64,000 nucleotides of DNA from Entomortierella parvispora E1425 (Eukaryota > Fungi > Mortierellomycota), in the NCBI GenBank assembly GCA_020891255.1, contig BQFW01000002.1, forward strand, positions 3,906,001 to 3,970,000, written 5' to 3'. Below are positions 28,350-40,247 of the stretch, piece after piece. Numbering within the stretch: position 1 is the first letter of the stretch; the number at the start of each line of letters is the position of its first letter. Position numbers and translations under genes: made by a program. The notes below the pieces were generated by a model. The model was not told where the DNA came from. It saw only the letters and a program-made list of their open reading frames with translations, and ran no database searches.

Positions 28350-29506
28350 ATGAGCTTCAGAGGCGGTCGTGGTGGCGGTGCTCCCCGTGGAGGTACGACA
28401 GTCCCTACGACTTGGACTTTTTGTTGACCCAAACCCGCTCTGCTTGTTACCCACCCTTCAGGATGCCATAGTACTCAAGAGACTAACCAACACCCTCGCT
28501 TTGCTCTTTCAATTGAACAGGCCGTGGTGGTTTCGGCGGCAGCTCCCGTGGCGGTCGCGGTGGATTCGGCGGTGCCCCCTCTTTCGGACCCCCAGAGTCG
28601 GTCACTGGTACGTTTGACCATGGACAGGACAGCCAACTTGAGGGCTATTTCTCGAGAATTGTACCCTACAGAATCGTTGAGAATGGGATCTATCTACTTT
28701 TGATATGGATCTTCTGAGATCTTTCCAAGGAATTGCTGGACTATCATATGGATCGACTTTGGTTATTTTGACATCTCACTAGACGCTGACTCCTCGTTTT
28801 CGCCTTTCAACCACCCTTTGTTTATTGATCTAATAGAGATCGGACAGTTCATGCACGCTTGCGAAGGAGAGATGGTTTGCAAATCTACAAACGTCAAGAT
28901 CCCATACTTCAACGCCCCCATTTACCTCGAGAACAAGAGCCAGATCGGAAAGGTTGATGAGATTCTCGGACCCATGAACGAGCTCTACTTCACCATCAAG
29001 CTTCAGGACGGTATGGTGGCGACTTCCTTCAAGACCAACGACAAGGTCTTCATTGCTCCCGATAAGCTCTTGCCTTTGGAGCGTTTCCTCCCCAAGCCTA
29101 AGGTTGTTGGTGGAAAGGGTAAGGAAGCACTGTTATTTTGTTCCGATCTATGTTTTGTGGTTGCTACAGCTTCTCTGATTTATACTCACGCATTCATTGT
29201 CCTGCTCATTTCTAGTTGCCAAGCGTGGAGGTATGCAGGGAATGAACGCTGGTCGCGGTGGTCGTGGTGCCCCTCGTGGCGGTGGTAAGTCTCCATTCTC
29301 ATGGCTTTTAGCTACACAGATAATGATACCCTGATACTGATCCTTTCCACTCTCTGTAATGAATAGCCCGTGGCGGACGTGGTGGTGCTCGCGGTGGCTT
29401 TGCCCCCCGTGGCCGTGGTGCTCCTCGTGGTGCTCCCCGCGGTGGCGCACGTGGTGGCTTCAGCCGTGGTGGTTCCAGCGGCGGTCGTGGTCGTGGCGGT
29501 TACTAA
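28350..29506 (+). CDS. GAR1: H/ACA snoRNP subunit Gar1, 5 exons
   Basis: RGG-rich termini and core [57 protein letters not shown]. Confidence 0.96.
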
Positions 29507-29748
29507 ACAATCATCGAGTCGAAGTTGTCTAGTGTATTCTTTCGTGTGCATTTTTTTTATTGTTTTTCATATTTCATCACCCCATAAAAAAACAGATACT
29601 TGTTTTTTCTTGCAGCAACATGTTCCTCGAGATTTTGTTCTTTATGGGGTTCTGGCACCCTCAACAATGAAAGGGCGGTGATTTACTACAGCGTGAAAAA
29701 CGCAAGGATGACACACGAGAACTCGAGTGTTGGAACAAATTGAACTAA

Positions 29749-30775
29749 TTACATACTGGCGAGTGCAAAAATGGTACCCACCGAACCCACAACCATTCCA
29801 GCCAGCGCTGCGCCGACAATCTTGGCGCGCTGACTGCTTGGTTCTGGCTCCTTTGTTTCAGTGGAGTCTTGGGGTCTCTTGCGTTTGCGACTGCCTTCAT
29901 TATCCAGAACTATTTCCACCGTTGTGGCCTTCAATTGCTGTGTCACGACAGAAGCCACGGTCTCATTGACGGTAGAGGTCTTGACTTCATCATTCCTAAC
30001 CTCAGAAGACTGGACATTCTATCTCAGTTGTAAGGTGAATTTTGGTTAATGGATGCACTCTATACGTACCAACAGGGTCCAGAAGTTTTATTACCTGGGT
30101 ATTGGACGTGGTACAAGTAACAACGGCCGCCTCTTCGTTTTCCTTGACAACTTCCTCACTTGGCACGGTTTGTGGTAAAGCGATGGACGCTTGGATCTCA
30201 AGTGTTTCAACGGCAGAGGTCCTCTGGCCAGACGAGACTACCCAATCTTCTTCGTCCTCGACCTCGCAGTTCCCTGTGTCCACCTCTTCGTGGATTTCTT
30301 CATCATCCGACTCATCCTTTGTTTGAGTAAAGTCACTTTCTATGATTACCATTGTCGCAAAGTGAGAAGGCTATAAGGGACAGGGCGATACCTTCATTGC
30401 AGTCAATGTTGCTTTGCAGTGGACAAAAAATAATGACCACTTACGAGACAGCGGAGGAAGGAAGCGTGCTGGACCTTCGTCTCCCTCAAGACCCTCCAGG
30501 TCGAGATCAACCTCATCCAGGCTGTCGTAAGAGTCGTCAAACTCGTCAAAGTCCTGTGCGCTGTGCGTAGTAAAGAAGAGCCTGCGGCGTCGCTGCTCAG
30601 CAGTCGTCTCTGAGGAGAGGGAGGGGTCACTTGCTTCTCCCGCAGAGGATGTCGTAGTCACCTCTTCTCCTGAACAAGGTTCAGGCTGAGCACTGGTGGC
30701 GACTTTGAAGTCACCGAAGTAGACGTGATCACCATTGATAGATTGGTTCATATTGCGGAACTTTTCTTGTGCCAT
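29749..30775 (-). CDS. Hypothetical acidic low-complexity protein with a C-terminal hydrophobic anchor, about 3 exons
   Basis: Open exons with GT-AG junctions; acidic tracts; RKRKR; terminal KIVGAALAGMVVGSVGTIFALASM-stop. Confidence 0.6.
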
Positions 30776-30971
30776 TGAATGGGGGGAATGGAGTGAAAGA
30801 ATGAAGGCCAAGTTTGCGCCTTTGCCCCTTTGCTTCCCCTTTCGTCCATATTCCCGTGATCATGTCAATCATTCAACCCACACAAAAAAAAATAGCGCTG
30901 GGTCCCTCCTCCGGTACTAATCATGTATGGTTTCCATGATTTATTGAATCAGAACGAGTTGGATCAAGCAT

Positions 30972-31237
30972 TTAAGCGACCAACTGAACGGCACCACCAA
31001 CAGCCTTGATCTTCTGCTCAGCAGCGCGGGAGACATAGCGGGCCTTGACAATGACGGGCTGCTCGGGGAGGCGACCCTTGGCGAGGACCTTGCCGAATCC
31101 AGCACGGAGGGTGTCAATGACGGGGACGACCTCGGTGTTCTTGGCAGCGTTCTTGCGAGTCTGCTCGGAGACAAGAGTCCAGAGGGTGTCCAAGTTGACA
31201 ATGGGGCAGTGCTGGCCGTTGCGGGTCAAGTGGAAGC

Positions 31238-31268
<31 letters not shown>

Positions 31269-32112
31269 ATGGTACTTGTCCATGTTGATACGGTGGTGGT
31301 GCTGACCACCGGCAAGACCACGACCTCCGGGATGCTTGCGGTGCTTGCCTGAAGAGAAAAAAAATTGACGCAAAAAATGGTTGTTTGTATGAGTGGTCTG
31401 TCTGCTTCAAAGAAAAGTGTAGATCTCTGGATGTTGGTCCAATTGCTGTTCCATTCTGGGTAATGCCTTGCTGTCCACAATGTTGAAAAGAACCCAGTGC
31501 ACACGTTGGGTAAGTGCCCACGGTGGGCAAACAGCGAATCCCCTTTCGTCAAAAGTCGTATCTGTAGAGAAACTCTTTGTCCAAGATGTTGCTTGACTGT
31601 GAAGTTTTCTTTTTGCCTTGATGTCCACTTTTCCTAGGTCGAGCTCAGCCTGGCAGAAACGCTGCTGTCTCCTGATACACCCTTCTGCCATGGCGGTGAC
31701 TCTTCAAAATGGATCAAGTCGGCGTTCGACAGCTCTGATGATTGATGTTTCCACGACAGTCGAAGTCAAAGCTATGGTTTTAAAGATGTTGTCTCCAGAC
31801 ATTGGTGTCTCCCCACTGATGTGTTCCCCCGATTGCCTTGTGGTGGTGATTGGTTGTTGTAGGTCGTTGCAGTCCTACTCCCACAATGTTCCCATGGATG
31901 TTTTTGATGTTGCTCCATGTCTCTCCAGACTCACCAACACGACCGTGACCGGCGCTGACGTGGCCGCGTTTCTTTCTGTTGTGATGCAGACGGGTCGGCT
32001 ATATGAATAAGGATGGGTGAGTTAGCATCGGAAAGGATGATCGATGGTGATGGATGGGTTCATCTCATAGATGGATGAAGGATGCCCTTTGACTTTCAGC
32101 CGGTCATACCAT
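30972..32112 (-). CDS. RPL27A: 60S ribosomal protein uL15 (RPL27A / yeast RPL28), 3 exons
   Basis: ATG|GTATGA at 32112; exon 2 [22 protein letters not shown]; exon 3 [36 protein letters not shown]...GGAVQLVA. Confidence 0.96.
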
Positions 32113-32221
32113 TCTGGCTAATAAATAAAGAGAGAGAGAGACAAAATGGCTGTGCCAGCTGTGATCTTTTGTGGGTCCAAAATTTTTGCAATTTACAGAG
32201 GGTGACACGTGACTAGATATT

Positions 32222-33736
32222 TTATTCTTTTGGCGGTGTGGATCCCTCCAAGTGGTCCTTGAGAGAATGCTTCGCGGTGCCGCGCTCAAGAGGCTTGTTC
32301 TGAGTAGGCGACGGCTTCCATCCGATCTGAGAAGAGAGAAATGAAAAAAGACTGTTAGATGTAGGCTCTCCTCTGTGTGCCTGATCTACTTTAATGACAT
32401 CTTCTCGTACCATATACAGGATTTGAAAGGTTGCAGGCACACTTCCATCCGGGTTTCCATAAATCTCTATTGGGAAGAAGAATATTCAGATGAGAACACG
32501 ATACCGACATCTGTGCGCACCATCCAGAAGAGACATGTAGATGATATTCAACTTGAAAAGCCAAAGATGAATTACCCTTGTAAATGGCCGCTGCTGCCAT
32601 CATTGTATCCCTCTTCAGGAAATGTCTCCTGTTGATGATGGCATTGCTCTCTCCCATCGCACGGAGGTCCTGCATGAGCTCGAGGGCGCTTGGATAGTTT
32701 ACCGTCACCTCATCTACATCAACGGTTGTTAAGGTGAATCCTGCGCGAGAAAGTAGACTTCCTAGGTCTCGACTGTCAGCCATAGGCGAAATTCTTGGTG
32801 AAATGCCTCCTTCCCGATCCTGCTCTGCCAATTGTAATGATGTTCTATGAGGATAGATAGACCAAGGTCAGTCGACAATACCAGAGATTGGCTTTGTGCA
32901 AAGCAAAAAGTAGATATCGTACCTAAGCTCATAGAGCGTGTCTCCACCAAAGAGTCCTGCAATGAACACGCCGTCAGGTTTAAGGCTCCTTTGGATCTGG
33001 ATCATGGCTCCTGGAAGGTCATTGATCCAGTGCATTGACAGGCTGCTAATAACGGCATCCAGACTGTTCTCTTTAAATGGAAGATTCTCTTCATCCACAA
33101 CTCTTCTCTCCACGGGCACTAGAGGTTGTCAGGTTTTCAGCATCCGCGTGTCAGTAATGGTGCTCCAGGCGAGAGAATAAGACTACCGATCCTCCTGAAG
33201 AGCTGATTACCTTCATATTCCACATCCTTGTCGCGGTTCAGCATGGTCTCTGACATATCGCACATGATCAGCTTTTTCATCATGTCAAGATCGACATGCT
33301 TGGCAATATGGCCTGATCCCGATCCAAGCTCCACCACCTCATTAAATTCACGCTTGATATCCTATTTTGCAAAATGGCGTGAAGAGCACCTGCATTAGTC
33401 TTGAGAGTGGATACATCGACATGACATGGCATGGCATGCTAATCAGCCCCTGTGGACTCTTACCAGCAGACGATCCACTACGCGGAAGGCGACCTCGTCC
33501 TTGACATAGTCGACCTGACGACTCAGCTCTACATCAGAGGCAGCTCGTTCCTTTTGAAGGCGCTTTGCCTTGCGGTCAAAGACCTGGAAGGTGGCGGGCA
33601 CGGTCTTGTTGTTGGTAGGTGGAGCCGTGGCGTAGAATCGACTGGCCCGGATGCATCGGGAGGCGAGCGTGGGAGCATTGCGGCGGAGCGCGGCTCTTGA
33701 AGCAGGGGCAGCCAAGGACGCAATGTGAGGCAACAT
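32222..33736 (-). CDS. NDUFAF5: NDUFAF5, SAM-dependent methyltransferase-fold complex I assembly factor, multi-exon
   Basis: Mitochondrial-type presequence, [97 protein letters not shown]. Confidence 0.93.
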
Positions 33737-34184
33737 GGGTAGGGCGAGGGATCAGCAGTTCCGATGGAGACAGAAAGAGAGGGCGAAAGTGCGAAAGAGG
33801 GTGACTAGACAGGGCTGATCAGGGGCGGACATGCATGCAAAAAGGAAACAGGGCCGAGAGGACAGAAGAGAGAGAGAGCAGAGCGGGTTTCGGAGGTGGC
33901 TTTGCAGAGCCAATTGTGCTCTGCCTTTGGCTCGCACGCTTCGCACTGCCTTCGCCCGCACAACTCGGTCAAAAAAAGACTGCAGCGCAGGGCTGGGTGG
34001 TGGGTGGTGGTGGGTGGTGTGGACAAGCAGATCTGCCCCGAGAGACACTGCACGAGAAAAAGAGACAATCATCCTTCCTCCGACTGTTTGTCTGTCTCTG
34101 TCCATCTGTCCTTCCGCATTCATCCATCCCCGCCCTGCCTGTCCTTCCCTGCTGCAACCAGCCCTGCATTCCTCCACTTCATCC

Positions 34185-35454
34185 ATGACCTCGACCAGAG
34201 ACTCCTTCCCCATCGGCACCCGCAAGTCGGCCCTTGCCATCGCCCAGACCGTCCAGGTCCAATCGGCCCTCCAGCGACTGAACCCGGACAAGTCGTTTCC
34301 CCTTCTCCAAATGACAACCACCGGTGACAACAACCAGATCCAGCCCCTGTCATCCATTGGAACGACTGCTGTTTTCACTCGTGAGCTCGAAAACGCTCTT
34401 GAGCGCGAGGAATGCCACCTTCTTGTCCATTCCCTCAAGGACGTGCCAACACAAATCAAGTCCGGCTTTGTAATTGGAGCAATGATGAAGCGTGAGGAAC
34501 CCAATGATGTCATGGTCATGCGTCAGGGTGAAGTCAAGGCGCTCAAGGACTTCGGCCCTGGCGATGTCGTCGGAACAAGCAGTGTCCGTCGAGCCAGTCA
34601 GATCAGACGACTCTGCCCTGGAGTTCAAGTCATGGATGTGGTGGGTGTATTTTTTTTTCTTTCCTATTTTTTGACATCTTCGCTTTTGTTTTTTGTTTTT
34701 TTTGGCCCTTGGCTCCAAGGACCTCGAAAGCTAACATTCTGTTCCGATGCTCCTTGCCTGATTGAATCGATGATAGCGCGGAAATGTGTAAGTAACCGAT
34801 ACTGATTCAAATGGCAGATCAAACAACCATCCTGTCCTTATGGCCTCTAACTATATTTACTCTTTCCCTTCAACCTACAGCAACACCCGCCTGGCTAAGC
34901 TCGATGCTGCTGATTCGCCATACACCTGCTTGCTACTGGCTGCTGCTGGTCTTCAAAGACTCAACTTGGAGGGTAGAATCACATCAAAGTTGCCTCCAGA
35001 TGTCATGTTGCATGCGGTTGGTCAGGGATCTATCGGTATCGAATGTAGAGCGGACGATGCAGAAACGCTGGAGCTGATTAAGCCTCTTGACCATTTGCCT
35101 ACGCGCTTGCGTTGCGAGGCTGAGCGTAGCGTGATGAGGATCTTGGAAGGCGGATGCTCTGTGCCAATTGGCGTCTGGACCGAGTTTGATTCTTCGGACG
35201 CCGAGGATGTGGGAACGTTGCGCTTGAAGGCTATGGTCTCGTCTCTGGACGGATCAGAAATTGCCGTCTCAGAGGCATCTGCCGCAGTGAACGGAAGTGT
35301 AGAGCTCGCCATCGAGTTGGGAAAGACAGTGGCTTCACAGCTTTTGGCTCAGGGAGCAGAAACTATCCTTGCAAAGGTCCTTCAAGATCGCAATCAAACT
35401 CTTGTCCCCACTGGAACTGGTGAGGAAAACACCATCAAAGGTTGGGAAGTATAA
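34185..35454 (+). CDS. HEM3: Porphobilinogen deaminase (hydroxymethylbilane synthase), 3 exons including an 11-nt microexon
   Basis: IGTRKSALAIAQ, LVHSLKDVPT, VGTSSVRRASQ, RGNV|NTRLAKLD, LHAVGQGSIGIECR, cofactor Cys in LEGGCSVPIG. Confidence 0.95.
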
Positions 35455-35527
35455 ACCCAGGAACCCCCTCAACCTTTTACTTTCGATAATAAAACCAATG
35501 ACAGTTACCCGTAAACATATAAAAGAA

Positions 35528-35808
35528 TCAGGAGGGGCCCATTCCTCTTAAATCGCGCTACCCTGTTGTTGAGACTTCTCCCGGTGAACTCCTGCTGGTG
35601 GACTCCTGGTATCAGCAGTTAGGCCCCCTTCCGGGTGAATCTCGCAAAGGCCGTTAACCTGTTAAGAAGCGATGGTGCGGTTCGCGCCTGATGTAATCAA
35701 TCTGTCTGGGATCGTGAGGGGGCGGAAGGCCGAAGGGGTTTTCTTGGGACCTCCGCTAGGAGCTGCTGGCTTTGCTATCCTCCTGAAGACGTACTATTTA
35801 TTTTTTTT
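35528..35808. ncRNA. Candidate structured non-coding RNA (unidentified)
   Basis: 8-bp closing inverted repeat (TCAGGAGG 35528-35535 / CCTCCTGA 35779-35786), internal hairpins, a T8 run on + at 35801-35808, and a GNRA loop on -. No family assigned. Confidence 0.3.
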
Positions 35809-37369
35809 GAAAGTACCACAGCCGCGGTTACCCCGCCTAGCCGTGCCTGCACCCAGTTGATGATGGACCCTTTACATAACCGTACACAGAGAACGCGATA
35901 GACGGCTGCATCGCCATCCATGATGGCAACGCCGTGTTGTGAACGTGCGCAATCTTCCGCGACCCTGGTTGGTCGCAAACCCCATCTGCCTTTCCCGTCA
36001 CCCCTGCCATCTAAATCTACACATTGATCTCTTTCGCGATCTCACGGTGCGTGGCGCCTTGGCTTGCATCTCTAACGACAAGAGTACGTAGGCTCGTGCC
36101 CATGTATCTCCGCGTCTACAAATATACGATTACCTGCCAACAAGATATCAGTTCGCAGCTAGAGCCAATTTGTAGCCACCATTCACACGAATCCACCTCT
36201 AGATCGTCCAGTATGATCGCAAAATGCAGAGTCTTTGGTCAATGAGCAAGAGTTGAAACCTCAAGACGACTCCTTGGAAAACTGATAAACAACAACAACA
36301 TCGTAGTGTCTACAAAACATCAATCACCGCAACCACCCTGTCAAGGCCCAAGAGAGAAAGTGCTACTGGCCCCACCGCTCCACATGGAAGTTTGGATGCA
36401 CTCACTTCCTCCTCACAACTCGGACACCGTGTATCAGAGATGGTGAATCAGACACACTTTGCCTTCCGCTGTAGGGACACCAGAATTTGCCCCTTTTACC
36501 CTTTCACACCAGATCCTTGTAAAAAGACGACTGTCATCTTAAATGAATCTCGCGCCTCAAGCGGACCCCTCCGCAGAGAGTGCTGGAACGCGTCTTCAAA
36601 AGCATTGGTAGTGGAGACACCACTGGGGTAATAAAAAAGAACATGAACGGCTCTTGGCAACACCAACAAAAAAAAACATCAGCTAGCTGTCGATCACAGC
36701 CGCCACTTTAACCAATTCCAACACTCTATACGATCTCACCTGCATCGAATCTGTGGTGGCCATGCAAGGAACATCAATAAGCGAGCATGCGTATTACGTG
36801 TTTAATATCCGAGAGCTGAGCAAAGGCGATCCGACGAAGAAGGCCTTGGGACCTGAGGTCCTAATTGTCGTTACTGAGAGGGTTAACTGGTCAGAACGTA
36901 TCAGTCGAGTCGAGTTGTGTCGTGATAATAGCTACACATCATGAGGAGAGTGGTTCCTTTGCTCTTGTGGAGCCTAGGTTTACCCTTACATTGCTGTCGC
37001 GATTTCTACGTTTTTGCCGCAGAGGGGAATGCTCGGAGCCACTGTCTCCTGAGATTTTGTGGTTCCCCTTCTCGTCACCTCTTTGTCCTCCTTGTTCCAA
37101 GATGCTATCCAAAAGCTGGACGCATGCATACAAGGGAACAACCATCCACGTTCTGTAGACCCCGTATAGGATTTGGAGCAGATGGAATGGGGGAGGTTTC
37201 AAGCCCTTGTGTTCCGGGGGCCAGCAGGCTCTTTGGAGGCTGGATTGTATTGCCCTGAATTACTTTGTTTTCCAGAGGATGATCCGCCTCATCTATTTAA
37301 GTAGTGCGTCTTGAGATGCGTACCTCTTCATCTTTATCTTTGCCTCCACCGCCGTCCCTACCTTGCACA

Positions 37370-38214
37370 ATGTTGAGCACCCTTTCCACGATCACCTTTG
37401 CCTTCGTGGCCATTACTTCGTTTCTATCGTCCTCCCTTTCCTCACCTATCCCTAGTTCACAAGTCTCTACGCTCGTAAAACGGACACCCGCCACCATCAT
37501 CACGGCGTGCACGGTCCCAAACTCGTTTGCCATCACGTTTGACGACGGCCCAAGTATTTGGACACATGAACTACTGGATTACCTCGCGATCAAGAATGTC
37601 AAAGTTACGTTCTTTGTCAACGGACTGAACTACAATCTCATCACAGACCCACCAATTGCCGCGGTTGTGAAGCGCGCTCATGATGAAGGTCACCAGATCG
37701 GTTCTCACACCTGGGCACATGCTGACATTTCCGCACCGGGTGTTGATGTTGCCAGTCAGATGAAGATGTGTAAGTTTCTCTGTGTGCGCGCGCAGCCCAT
37801 ATCACTCACTGACGTTCTAACTTTCCACCCAATCCTAACACGACATTAGTGGATGACGCCCTCCTGAAGATCATCGGTGTTCGACCGATCTACATGCGAC
37901 CGCCCTACGGAAACACGTCTCCCGAGTCGCTGGAGTATCTCGGATCTCAAGGGTACAAGGTGATCAATTGGAATGTGGACACAAACGACTGGCGCCATCC
38001 AGAGGACCTTCAGTCGAACATTGAAGCCTACTTCGCTGCACTACAAGACCCCGCGGCTGTGGGGAAGGGTTTTATCAGTCTTCAACACGATGCTCAGCAA
38101 CCCACGGCTGAGATCCTCTCCAAGCTAGCAATCGAGTACGCGCTGAGCAAAGGGTTCCAAGTCATGCCCGTGGGCACCTGCCTTGGAGACCCTACTGGCT
38201 GGTACCGCCTCTAA
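37370..38214 (+). CDS. Secreted chitin/polysaccharide deacetylase (CE4, NodB domain), 2 exons
   Basis: Signal peptide and all five CE4 motifs: TFDDGP, HQIGSHTWAH, YMRPPYG, DTNDW, LQHD. Confidence 0.93.
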
Positions 38215-38703
38215 AGTACACCCGATCCTTCTTATCTACTTATCTACCTTAATATACACATCAACTACAATGCTTCCGAGGCATGATCTTCAATGCTCAA
38301 AAAAAAAAAAAAACATGAGACAACGCCACCAAGTTGTAGGCAAGACGTCGTAAAAAAAAAAATCAGATAACGACGCGTGGGCCAGAGTTGTGTTTTTGAC
38401 GTGTCTCGACAGTTGAAGCAAAAGACATCCAAGAAGAGAGAACCGGGATGGATGGTCCAATGTAATACGCTTCTTGGTGTCTTCAAAATGTGTTTCTAGG
38501 CACCATTCCGTCTGAAGATGCTACGCGCCATTAATGGATGAGGTCTGTGTAAGCGAATGGTCTTCTCTTCAGCGACGAAGTGCAAAAAACACGTCGCTAA
38601 CGCGGAATGGGTCCAGCTCTCCACTCGTTCTCTTTGTTGCATTCATCTCCTCATCTCCGTACCATCCACTGAGCTTTTACCAGCTCTCCTTGTCACTCTT
38701 ACA

Positions 38704-39641
38704 ATGGCCACAAAGCTCACATCGGCCACTGTTGCCGCTCTGGTTTTTTCATTCGCAATGACATTCTCCGGAGCTAGCGTGATCCCAAATGCCCATTCTG
38801 ACAACGTCCAAGTCAGGTCTCTCGGCCCTTCTTCGCGATGAATCCTTCCACAACAATGATTTCAACACTGATATGGAGCTGGCAGCGAAACATTTTTTTG
38901 AAAAGAGAGACTCGGGTGGTGTTATCTCCTCCTGTACAGTTCCAACCACAGTCGCAGTTACTTTTGACGATGGCCCTTCAAGTTTACGGATGACCTCCTT
39001 GACTTTTTGGACAGGGAAAAGGTCAAAGTCACATTTTTCATGAACGGCAAGAACGTCGGTGACATCTGGCAGTATGACTGGGTCGTCAAAAGGGCTTTCG
39101 AGGCTGGCCACCAAATCGGCTCCCACACCCGGTCCCATATGGATCTCGAAAAGGCTACAGAGGCTCAAACTCGTGAGGAAATGGCGCGCCGCAAGTGTTG
39201 ACTTTGTTCCACTCTGACGTCTGTAGCAGAATGCACAATGCTGACTGTAAAATTAACCGACGGGATGTACATATCGACACAGAGGATGAGGCGCTCAAGA
39301 ACATTATTGGCGTCTCGACCCATTTTCATGCGCCCTCCCTTCGGCAACCTGAATTGAGCTTCAGAAAGCTACTTGCGCAAGAATGGCTACAGGATTGTCG
39401 ACTGGAGTACTGATACCAACGACTAACGATTGGCGGCATCCTGAGGACATCAGCGCATCCCTGGACGCCTACAGGCTCACTGGACCAGACGCGCACCGTC
39501 ATGGCTTTATTGCCTTGGAGCACGACGCCGTTGGCACGACAGTTGAAAAGCTGGCGCCGCTTGTGATTAAATACGTCAAAGCCCAAGGACCCTATCGGAA
39601 CATGCCTGGGTTTGGATCCCAGCCAATGGTACCGCCAGTAA
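38704..39641 (+). pseudogene. Decayed tandem paralog of the CE4 deacetylase
   Basis: TFDDGP, HQIGSHTRSH, RPPFG, NDWRHPED and LEHD are spread over different frames. About five indels, an in-frame TGA after RPPFGNLN and a short AACGACT/AACGATT duplication. Confidence 0.85.
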
Positions 39642-40247
39642 TCTAATTAGGACCATACATGTTTTAAAAGGTATGAGGGTAGACGGCAGAGGCGACTTTG
39701 ATTCAAATAAAAATATAGCTTCGGAAGTGGTTTCAGGAACTTCGCAGTAAAGATCACATCATGAGCCTTGTGTTTTTACCGTTGTGGGGGAGAAAGGAAA
39801 GAACAAGAGCACGGAACAAAGAAGCCTGAGGTAAGGGAACGGAGAGTCGAAATGCTGAGGAAGGCACGCGCGTGTCGGGAAACAAAAGGGAACATGTAGG
39901 GCGTCTTGTCTCCACACACCCTGAAGGTGAGGATGAATGCCAGCCTGCTGCTCACATCCAACGGTGGCAGCTGGAAATGAACGTCGTGCGAGTTCTGTGT
40001 AACTTTGTCTGTATTCGGAAAGCGATTAGTCATCATATTCGCGACGCGTTTTCTGCATTTAGCGACCAGCGACAAGCCCTTGGTTCGGGGCTTGGCCACG
40101 ACGCTCTCTCCCTTCTTTTGTCTCGTCCGCCTCCATCGAAGGATTGCATTACTCTTTTTTTCTCTTCTTTTTCTTCTGCATCCAACGTATACCTCCTTTT
40201 TCACTTTATTCACTCCTCTACTTTCATATACACTCTCCTGTCCCACC

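Noticed and set aside
35528-35786. MITE, HDV-like ribozyme or firm RNase P/MRP assignment of the structured block
   Set aside because: No TSD and only an 8-bp inverted repeat; no catalytic C in the J4/2-like position or P3; conserved CR-I/CR-V nucleotides and P2 do not match. Kept only as an unidentified candidate.
35785-35990. U3 snoRNA-like words (GAAGACGTACT, GTTGATGA, CATAACC)
   Set aside because: Box A (GGATCATTTCT) and a terminal box D are absent, and a T8 run interrupts the region.
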